Shown here: positions 15,490 to 22,417 of the stretch, piece after piece | Numbering within the stretch: position 1 is the stretch's first letter | Layout of the letters: each line of letters starts with the position of its first letter | Source of the DNA: a virus | Taxonomy: Duplodnaviria > Caudoviricetes | Direction: 5' to 3' (one strand) | IMG/VR virus record: IMGVR_UViG_3300032143_000010 | Coordinates: 1-30,128 of that record | DNA length: 30,128 nucleotides | Translations under genes and position numbers: made by a program | Notes under the pieces: model-generated | The model's input: the letters and a program-made list of their open reading frames with translations, nothing else | Told to the model about the DNA's origin: nothing | The model's database searches: none

Positions 15490-16214
15490 GGGAGGAACGG
15501 AGGTTTATTGCAGGTGAAGATAGCAGAGCTTTTATTTCCGCCGCCGCCATGTTTCACCGCGATTCGCGCATCGCGCTTGGCGTAACAGCGCATGGCGGCT
15601 CTGCCAGCAGGCAGCACTTCGTCCTGGATGTAGTCTGCTTCGTTGCCCGAGCCTTCAAGGAAGATGTCCCAATCAATCTCCACCAGGGCGTCCAGCCCAA
15701 ATTGAAACGCCAGGCAGTCTTGCCAGTCCTTCTCTCCGTGGCTTTGATCCCCCACGTCGTATTCCCCGGCGAGGCGGACGGCGAGGGGTTCGGGAACTTT
15801 GCGTTCGATGTAATAAAACGGCGTCGGATAGAGCGGGTCAGGATCGCTAGTGCCATCGTGGTATCCTCTCGAAAACCACTGCCAAGCGAGGCGCGCGGCG
15901 CTCACACCGTCAATGCGGTAGCCGGGGATGCTGGCGGGATGTGACTCGATGCTGCTCTTGTGATGGTCCAGCCAAACGATCCTTTTGAAAAGTTCCTCTG
16001 TGGTTTGGCCAATCGGGTCTCGCAAGAAATCAAACCCAAACACCCGATCCACCGGCAGATCAAGCACGTAGATTTTTCCATCTGGAATCGTCAGCGGGTT
16101 GTCGGCGAAGTCCCATCCGATGAACTCGGTGTCAGACGGCAGAAACTTGCGGGCGATTTCACGGCAGAAGATGCCGTCGTAATCGCCGGAATGGTACAAC
16201 ACTGTGGTTCGCAT
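15486..16214 (-). CDS. DHH-family phosphoesterase with shortened DHHA1 domain
   Basis: YHSGDYDG, VLDL, WLDHHKS, SAARLAWQWF, GEYDV, and terminal IAVKHGGGGNKSSAIF. Confidence 0.82.
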   Translation of the reverse strand: MRTTVLYHSGDYDGIFCREIARKFLPSDTEFIGWDFADNPLTIPDGKIYVLDLPVDRVFGFDFLRDPIGQTTEELFKRIVWLDHHKSSIESHPASIPGYRIDGVSAARLAWQWFSRGYHDGTSDPDPLYPTPFYYIERKVPEPLAVRLAGEYDVGDQSHGEKDWQDCLAFQFGLDALVEIDWDIFLEGSGNEADYIQDEVLPAGRAAMRCYAKRDARIAVKHGGGGNKSSAIFTCNKPPFLP

Positions 16215-16262
16215 TGGCGGGACAGTAATGCGAACCCGCTCCGCATGTCAACAATTCTTTTT
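16215..16262 (-). promoter_or_regulatory. Sigma70-type promoter TTGACA-N18-TACTGT-N7-ATG with upstream A-tract, heading the accessory block
   Basis: Consensus -35 at 16246..16251, -10 at 16222..16227, ATG at 16214, AAAAAAGAATTG immediately upstream. Confidence 0.7.
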
Positions 16263-16267
16263 CACAA

Positions 16268-17350
16268 TTAATTTCCCCAGCCCGGCCAGCGGTCGTCTCG
16301 CCACGGGGCGGGATACGCTTCGGTCTCGGCAAGGGGTGCCGGGTCGGGAACTTGCGCGCTGAAATACACTCCGTAGTCGGCCTCAGAGGCGCAGGTCTGC
16401 TTCATCATCATCGAGAGGTAATGCTGCGCGTCGTCAATCTGGCTCCCATCCGTGATATTCACGAAATATCCTCCGGTCGCCATGTTCCGCAGCAGCACAT
16501 ACCCGTCTGCTTTGGCGCGCAAGCCGATGCAGATGATGATGCCCCCGGATTCCTTGAAGGCCCGGGCCGCATCCAAGAGCTTCGCCGACTGCTCCAGACT
16601 GAGCATCGGCCGGTTCTCGCCATCCGACAGGATGAGAATGACCTTCCTGTCCTTCGTGCGGGAGGCCAGCGTTTTGACTGCGAAGTCGAAGGCATTGCGC
16701 ATGTCCGTGCGCCGCTGTGTCGAGGGAACCGCCATGACCGTTTCGCCGAGAGCGTCCGCATCCGCCGATTCGTCGAGCAGGAGACTCGCCGGTTCGTTGA
16801 ACGCAATGACAAGCTGACCGTCCAGGTCCTCCCGCAGATGTTCGATCACGCTGGCGGCCATCGCCTTTGCCGCCGTGAGTTTCGTCGAAACACCCCCACC
16901 GAAATCCTGTAGCATTGAACGCGAGTTGTCCATCACGACCGCACTGACCACGCTGATGTTATCGCAACAAGATGCTCCGGCCAAGACTGTGAGTTGCGCA
17001 AAGCCAAGGCAAGGGTCGCCCTCGTTCGGATACCACGTCGCACAGATGGTGACGATGCCTGGCGCCACCGCTGTCACCAAACCCGTTTCTGTCACGGTCG
17101 CAATGCCGGGGCTTGAACTGGTGAACACGTAGTTGTCCTCCACCAGCCTTTCCGTTGTGTCAGACAGGAAGGCGACGCACTGCAACCGGCCTCCGGCGCA
17201 AAGCGTGGCAGTTTCCGGCTTCACCACCAACCGCAATGAGTTCGGGCACAGCGAAGGATTGGCCGCCGCGAAGTCCGCATCCGAACATCGGGGATCCTCA
17301 ACCAAGCCGCCGGTGGCTGGAGAGATGAATCTGTTGCGGTTAGGCATCAT
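16268..17350 (-). CDS. Ig-like (Big_2) + VWA domain virion-region protein
   Basis: FTSSSPGIATVTETGLVTAVAPGIVTICAT (Big_2), VMDNSRSM...RTD...ILSDGEN (MIDAS). ATGA-coupled to the adaptor gene. Confidence 0.85.
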   Translation of the reverse strand: MMPNRNRFISPATGGLVEDPRCSDADFAAANPSLCPNSLRLVVKPETATLCAGGRLQCVAFLSDTTERLVEDNYVFTSSSPGIATVTETGLVTAVAPGIVTICATWYPNEGDPCLGFAQLTVLAGASCCDNISVVSAVVMDNSRSMLQDFGGGVSTKLTAAKAMAASVIEHLREDLDGQLVIAFNEPASLLLDESADADALGETVMAVPSTQRRTDMRNAFDFAVKTLASRTKDRKVILILSDGENRPMLSLEQSAKLLDAARAFKESGGIIICIGLRAKADGYVLLRNMATGGYFVNITDGSQIDDAQHYLSMMMKQTCASEADYGVYFSAQVPDPAPLAETEAYPAPWRDDRWPGWGN

Positions 17351-18135
17351 GTCGCCGTTGTGGCTGCCACAATCAAGTAGTGGTACGCTTTCAGAAATGC
17401 CGGGTCTTGAATCTTTGTGCGTTCACGGCATTCCCAAATCAGGTCGCCGAGGGCTTGGTCAAATCCACCACTACCCGGAGGCATTCCCACCTTGAAGATC
17501 GCAGCCTTCTGAGGGTCCCCGTAATCGCGCTCATGCGCGTGCTGGAAGTAGAGTTTGACGGCCTTTTTGTAGTCCTGATCGGGATTGATGAGATCGTCGT
17601 CGCTCCATTCAGTTTTCAAACCCCGCCACTCGATCACCACCTTCTCCTCGCTGTCAATCCAGGGGTACAGGTAGATTTTGTCGTGGCGCAACGCCCACTT
17701 CCCGGCCAGCGACCGGCCCCAGGGCTTGTCATTGTCCGCGGTCGCCGGAATGAATCCGAGAGGCAGGTCAGGCAGGAGAGCGTCCACACCATCTACAACC
17801 AGGCGTTGACGGGCCAGCACTTCCAATTCCGGCCATTCCACATGATCGTAGTGGATGGCGTTCGACCAAGAATCGTCAGCCAGTGTGTAGATACCGTCCA
17901 CGATTCCACGGACTGCCCGCGCAATCGTCATGCGAGAGTGATAAAACGTCTGCTCGAAGTCGAGCACGTTTACGTTGTCCTCGCGTTCGCAGTCAACCCA
18001 TTTCGCAATCTCGGCCAAAGCCTCCTGGAAAATCTGGTTGTGTGACGTGACAAGGTTCTCGGCTTCGCCTGAAGGCCAACAGGCGTTGCGAATCTCAGTC
18101 TTGAGTTGCAGAACAGTTTTCGCGCCTTGGTCCAT
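17347..18135 (-). CDS. Putative head-to-tail adaptor (P22 gp4 / T7 gp11-like)
   Basis: Helical N-terminus TVLQLKTEIR...FQEALAEIAKW, KIYLYPW, C-terminal helix YKKAVKLYF. Lies shortly after the capsid gene. Confidence 0.6.
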   Translation of the reverse strand: MDQGAKTVLQLKTEIRNACWPSGEAENLVTSHNQIFQEALAEIAKWVDCEREDNVNVLDFEQTFYHSRMTIARAVRGIVDGIYTLADDSWSNAIHYDHVEWPELEVLARQRLVVDGVDALLPDLPLGFIPATADNDKPWGRSLAGKWALRHDKIYLYPWIDSEEKVVIEWRGLKTEWSDDDLINPDQDYKKAVKLYFQHAHERDYGDPQKAAIFKVGMPPGSGGFDQALGDLIWECRERTKIQDPAFLKAYHYLIVAATTAT

Positions 18136-18141
18136 GATCGG

Positions 18142-18615
18142 TTACGCCGTTGTCTTCGCCTTCCGCCTGCCCGTCGGTGGTTTGAACACGGGCTTCACTG
18201 GGGCGGTGGGTGCTTGCGACGGGCGCGTCTCGGCGACGACCGCCTGGGCTTCGACGGAAGTTGCCAATCGGTTCGCAAAGGGTATTTCGCCTGGAGGTTT
18301 AACCGCAACAGTTCCCTGGGCGTTTGCGGCTCGATCTGTCACGCCGGACTGCCCCATTTCCTCCCTCCAGGGCTGTCTGAATGGACTGGAACTGGCTTTT
18401 TTTTTGGCCCATTCCTCGTACTCTGCCTGAGCAATCTCCGTGATCCCGTAACGGTTCTTCTTCATGCAGTCGAAGAAGTGTTCGCAGATCATGGAATTGC
18501 CGGTCGCAACGTAACCTGTGAATCCATCAATCGTCGCAAACGCGATTCCAGTGCGCCCGTCCGGCAGAACCACTTTTGTACCCGGACTGGGCTTTTTGAA
18601 ATATCTGTTCGCCAT
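18142..18615 (-). CDS. Hypothetical protein downstream of capsid
   Basis: Start moved to ATG 18615 (MANRYFKK), because the longer track ORF runs through the terminator. Pro/Lys-rich tail. Confidence 0.65.
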   Translation of the reverse strand: MANRYFKKPSPGTKVVLPDGRTGIAFATIDGFTGYVATGNSMICEHFFDCMKKNRYGITEIAQAEYEEWAKKKASSSPFRQPWREEMGQSGVTDRAANAQGTVAVKPPGEIPFANRLATSVEAQAVVAETRPSQAPTAPVKPVFKPPTGRRKAKTTA

Positions 18616-18650
18616 ATCGCCTCTTGTATTCTCTTGCGCGTACTTTGCAA
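18616..18650 (-). promoter_or_regulatory. Possible promoter TTGCAA-N16-TACAAG-N7-ATG right after the capsid terminator
   Basis: -35 at 18645..18650, -10-like at 18623..18628. A looser match to the recurrent motif. Confidence 0.4.
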
Positions 18651-18653
18651 AGG

Positions 18654-18686
18654 AAAAAAACGAGACCCCCTTTCGAGGGTCTCGTC
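18654..18686 (-). terminator. Rho-independent terminator after the major capsid gene
   Basis: mRNA GACGAGACCCUC-GAAA-GGGGGUCUCGUU then a U-run (7 U in total), GNRA tetraloop, 40 nt after the capsid stop. Confidence 0.9.
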
Positions 18687-18726
18687 CCAACTCAACCAAC
18701 CCTGGGGCCATCTCGCCCCAAGATCA

Positions 18727-20472
18727 TCATTGCCTTACCGCCTCGACCAGAAGGTCGGTGTACGGAGTCGTTCGTCCTGCCGTGCTTGGCACGCCGTCGG
18801 CGAGGCCATGAATCGCGAGGCTGTTGGCCGGGCATTCCACGATGGTCGTCCAGGTCTCGCTTGTGAGGGTGATGTGCTGCGTGGGATTTTCCATCACGCA
18901 GGCCCAAGACATGTCCACCCGGGCCATCCCCTCTATCTCGCCCAGTGTGCGCGTCTTGCGGTTCGACTTGATCTTTCCGGGATAGATCGTTCCACCCTTG
19001 GGGCCGGGCTTCCCGATGTCCAAGCACCACAGCACGCGACCGACAGAGGCAATGTCCTCATTTCCGAAAGCGTTTACCATGTCGTCGTGGAAGTCCGAAG
19101 TCACCAGCGCAATCTTCAGGCCGACGGGATACTTGAGGTTGCTGAAAATCTTCCAGCTAAACCCGAGTTCGTTCCCGCCCGTCTCGATATTGATGCGGAC
19201 GATATCCCCGTACTCCGCTCGGAGATAGTTGATGAAAGCCGTCTCGATGTTCGCGACGTTCTGCTGGTCGGTGTACCAGTCGAGCGTCTCGACGAAGCGG
19301 CCCTGGCTCTTGCGGGCGCGCATGATGCGATAGTTTTCGTCCAGCCACTCGTAGAAGTTCAGGGGGGTGTTGCCGAGGTCAATCACCCGGCCACATGCCT
19401 GCAACTGCTCGATGGCGCCGACGGGGTTGGCGCGAAACTCCTGGAGCATTGCATCACCGCCGTCAAGCGTCCCAGCCGCGAAGCTGTTAATCCTCTCCAG
19501 GCTCTGCCAGTTGGCGAGCGTCTGGTTGGCGGAAATCTTCTTGCTGAAGAAGAAGTCATGCGCCCAATTCGACTGATATTGCTCCTCATCCTGCCGGTTG
19601 TATTCCGCCAGAGGCAGATTTCTGAACAGGTCGAAGTACTTGTTGGACGTTGACAATCGAGCAATGACCTTCTGATACTCGGAGCTAATGCGCCGTCCGC
19701 GCCGGTCCGTCTTGTACCAGTAGGGCACATGGCGGCGAGGATTCAAGGCGGGCCGATTCTCACAGAAATTCTCGTAGTCCGAGACGTTGTTCGTGCCTGG
19801 CATGATGACCATGTTTGCTCCAGGCGTCGCGCTGTAGGGGGTCGTGGAGCCGGCATTCTCGTCGTCAATCAACACGTCAATGTAACTCAGGTCGGCCGCC
19901 ACTTCTGACGCCAAGACCTTCCATTGACCGCGCTGCGAAGCGCCAAAACTGGTGCTGAAGATGTGAATGCGGTCCCGGTTGACGAACCACTTGGAGTCGA
20001 GATCGAATCCGTAGTTGGTTATGACACGGATGATGCGGTCGCCAGCGGCACCGAGAGCTTGCTGCCCCGCAGTAAGCGGCCCGGTCACTTCGGGGGTGTA
20101 GGCGTTGTTCGCCCAACCAGAAGTGATGACCCAGAACTCCTTGTTCACGACAGAATCCTGCCGGCCCATGATGAAGGGACGCAGAAGGCCCGGCCCGCGG
20201 TCCATCGGTTCGGCGTGGAGCAGGTTGCCGACGTTCTTGAAACTGGAACGCAGCCACTCGTACATCGGTTGAATCCGGGTGCCGCACGCCTTCATCTCCA
20301 ACTGCGTCAGAAATGAGGCGTCCATGTCGGCGTACGACCCGTCGGGCTTGAAAAACGCCTCGATCTGCGTCGGTGTCAGATTGGTGAGGCTGGCCTGGGT
20401 GATCGTGCCGTGCGTGTCGTACGTGTTGCCTATCGCAACCGTACACGGAAGGTCTTGAAACGGACTTGCCAT
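18727..20472 (-). CDS. Probable major capsid protein (581 aa)
   Basis: Start ATG 20472 (MASPFQDLPC). Follows portal, small gene and scaffold, and is followed by a strong terminator. C-terminal TLTSETWTTIVECPANSLAIHGL resembles HK97-fold capsid ends. Confidence 0.7.
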   Translation of the reverse strand: MASPFQDLPCTVAIGNTYDTHGTITQASLTNLTPTQIEAFFKPDGSYADMDASFLTQLEMKACGTRIQPMYEWLRSSFKNVGNLLHAEPMDRGPGLLRPFIMGRQDSVVNKEFWVITSGWANNAYTPEVTGPLTAGQQALGAAGDRIIRVITNYGFDLDSKWFVNRDRIHIFSTSFGASQRGQWKVLASEVAADLSYIDVLIDDENAGSTTPYSATPGANMVIMPGTNNVSDYENFCENRPALNPRRHVPYWYKTDRRGRRISSEYQKVIARLSTSNKYFDLFRNLPLAEYNRQDEEQYQSNWAHDFFFSKKISANQTLANWQSLERINSFAAGTLDGGDAMLQEFRANPVGAIEQLQACGRVIDLGNTPLNFYEWLDENYRIMRARKSQGRFVETLDWYTDQQNVANIETAFINYLRAEYGDIVRINIETGGNELGFSWKIFSNLKYPVGLKIALVTSDFHDDMVNAFGNEDIASVGRVLWCLDIGKPGPKGGTIYPGKIKSNRKTRTLGEIEGMARVDMSWACVMENPTQHITLTSETWTTIVECPANSLAIHGLADGVPSTAGRTTPYTDLLVEAVRQ

Positions 20473-20528
20473 AATAGTTCTCGACTTCGGCAACGGCGTT
20501 CATCGCCACTGCGTCGTCGAGAACTATT
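20473..20528 (-). promoter_or_regulatory. 56-nt RNA hairpin filling the scaffold-capsid intergenic region
   Basis: 13-bp perfect inverted repeat AATAGTTCTCGAC / GTCGAGAACTATT plus an inner 9-bp stem with two G-U pairs on the minus-strand RNA. Confidence 0.8.
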
Positions 20529-20529
20529 T

Positions 20530-22092
20530 TCACCGCCCGAACATCTTTTCGATAACGATTTCCTCAAGTTTTTTCGCAGGCGTGTCCCCGGCTGCCGGCG
20601 TCGTTAGCATATCAGATGACGACGACATGGACGGCGGACGAGAGGAAGTTGAAGGTCGCGGCGTGTAAACGGGCTGCGGAGGCGCTGGCTGCGCTTGAGG
20701 CGCCGGCTGGTTCTGTCTATTCCCGTTGGCCGCTCCAAATTCAAGTCGCGCATCTTCCCGGACTTGAGCGATGGTTTTCCGAACCAGTTCAGCCGTCTCT
20801 CTCAACATTTTTGCCTGAATGTCGTCCACTGTGAGGGTGAAGTATTTCCCATACAGGGCATTGATTTTTCGACCTTTCTCCCCATCCGTTCCATCTCCGC
20901 GTTCGATCCCGCCGACCATCGTGTTGAAATCAGAGACTCTGACAAACTGACGGCCCTTTCCTTCAGGATCAACAATCTCCACGGTTGGGTCACTAAGCAT
21001 CTTGTCCTCAGCCTGCTTTGAGTGCTTGTAGATTTCCAAGTTGACGCCTCGAAACCTGTCGTCCTGAATGTCGGGATTGAGGGAGACTCCAAGCCTCTTA
21101 TCGCAACTGGCTTCCAATCTCCCCAACATTGGTCGCATTATTGCGTAGGCTTGGTCAAGCACTCGGTACGCAATCACAGATTTGGCTTGCACAGCAGAGG
21201 CGGTCTCCGGTGTGATATTTGCAGTGCCGTCTGGATTTCTCAGCAGGGTTGCGATTTCTGGATCAACATCCGCAACCATGTCCACGAACATCTTATCCAC
21301 CTTGGATGCTATCTTTGGTCCCGCTTCCTGCAAGGACATCTCTTGTTGCCGACGCTCCTTTTCTTGTTTAATCTCATCAAGCATCGGCTGGACCTTGTCC
21401 ATCGCAGCTTTCTCGGCCGACATGCGGATTCTCGCTTCCTTCAGCATCTCTGGTTCAATGTCGGGTCGGTGTTTGTCGTACCAGTCCTTGTGCTCCTCGT
21501 CGTCGGGGTTGAAGTCGGAGTTTGGATTCTTCGCCAGCCAATTGTCCTGATAGGTGTAATGCGCCTTCAGGTAGGCCAGGTAAGCCACCGGCTTGCCGGA
21601 CCAGTTCTTCGGGTCGGTCTTTTCGAGGTAAAGCAGGGTTTCGTAATCCTGCTGGTCCTCCGGCGACATCTCGAAGGCGGGAGCGGTTGGCTTTGGAGCC
21701 TCCGCCTGTTTCAACAGCGGCGCGATGGCTTCCGCCGTGGCCCTGGCTGACTGCGCAATCAGTTCGGCGTTGCTTGGCTCAGATTCCGGCTTGGGTTCAG
21801 CCTCAGTGCTCGCCCGATCAGGTTCCACCACTGGAGGCGCCACTTTCGGTTCCGGCGAAGGCGGGGTCTCGGGTGGGGGGGATGCTGCTGGCGTTGGCGC
21901 CGGCGTGTCTGGCATCTCTTTCCCCCACATCTTCCGGTAAACCTCCTGCTGGCCTTTGAGGAGTTCGTCGGCAGTGGGCACAACGGCACTTGGCGGCGGG
22001 GATGGCGTTTCCGTCGGGGCGGCGGGTTTGTTGCGAGGCGTTTTGGTGTACGTGACAGTCCGATTCAGTTCGAGGGTGCTGCTTGTGTTCAT
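20530..22092 (-). CDS. Probable capsid scaffolding protein
   Basis: About 520 aa from ATG 22092 (the track start at 22134 overlaps the upstream gene). Pro/Glu-rich disordered N-terminus, charged helices, Pro/Ser linker and short terminal helix KKLEEIVIEKMFGR. Directly before the capsid gene. Confidence 0.65.
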   Translation of the reverse strand: MNTSSTLELNRTVTYTKTPRNKPAAPTETPSPPPSAVVPTADELLKGQQEVYRKMWGKEMPDTPAPTPAASPPPETPPSPEPKVAPPVVEPDRASTEAEPKPESEPSNAELIAQSARATAEAIAPLLKQAEAPKPTAPAFEMSPEDQQDYETLLYLEKTDPKNWSGKPVAYLAYLKAHYTYQDNWLAKNPNSDFNPDDEEHKDWYDKHRPDIEPEMLKEARIRMSAEKAAMDKVQPMLDEIKQEKERRQQEMSLQEAGPKIASKVDKMFVDMVADVDPEIATLLRNPDGTANITPETASAVQAKSVIAYRVLDQAYAIMRPMLGRLEASCDKRLGVSLNPDIQDDRFRGVNLEIYKHSKQAEDKMLSDPTVEIVDPEGKGRQFVRVSDFNTMVGGIERGDGTDGEKGRKINALYGKYFTLTVDDIQAKMLRETAELVRKTIAQVREDARLEFGAANGNRQNQPAPQAQPAPPQPVYTPRPSTSSRPPSMSSSSDMLTTPAAGDTPAKKLEEIVIEKMFGR

Positions 22093-22102
22093 GGGGTCAT
22101 GC

Positions 22103-22417
22103 TCAGGTTGGGAGTTGTGGTTTGAGAGTTGCAAACTGGAGATTCAGGTTGGGTTCAATCATGCGGGTCCGCAATTGCTGAATGAGATCGTTTGCCGCGA
22201 TCATCACGTAAGCCTCCTCGAATATGATCCGGGCATCCACCAAGTCGGTCTCATCCGGCTTTAGTGCTTGGACGGATAGATTCGCGGCTTCAGCCATCTT
22301 GGCCGTCGAGTTGCTGGCGAGATACCGCTGGTAAAGGTGAGTTGCCGGCGAGTTCACCCATTCACGGAGTAGCTTCTGTTCCTCTTGCGTCAGGAGTGTG
22401 GATTCAACCAGGATCAT
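22103..22417 (-). CDS. Small helical protein after portal
   Basis: 104 aa, ATGA-coupled to the portal gene. A common position in podoviruses. Confidence 0.65.
   Translation of the reverse strand: MILVESTLLTQEEQKLLREWVNSPATHLYQRYLASNSTAKMAEAANLSVQALKPDETDLVDARIIFEEAYVMIAANDLIQQLRTRMIEPNLNLQFATLKPQLPT

Noticed and set aside
1567-18144. Possible stop-codon reassignment, suggested by in-frame gene junctions at 1570, 5027, 6629 and 18142
   Set aside because: TAA, TAG and TGA all end genes at plausible C-termini, other TAA junctions (7596, 16268, 24887) are out of frame, and conserved enzymes are uninterrupted under the standard code.
18397-18405. A9 run on the coding strand (KKK) as a slippage or frameshift site
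   Set aside because: It lies in a Lys-rich hypothetical gene. I found no meaningful alternative product or stimulatory structure.
18106-19653. 515-aa + strand ORF
   Set aside because: Antisense shadow of the capsid and downstream gene, with Arg/Val/Gly-rich composition and no motifs. It crosses the terminator, and the coding strand's codon bias explains the lack of stops.
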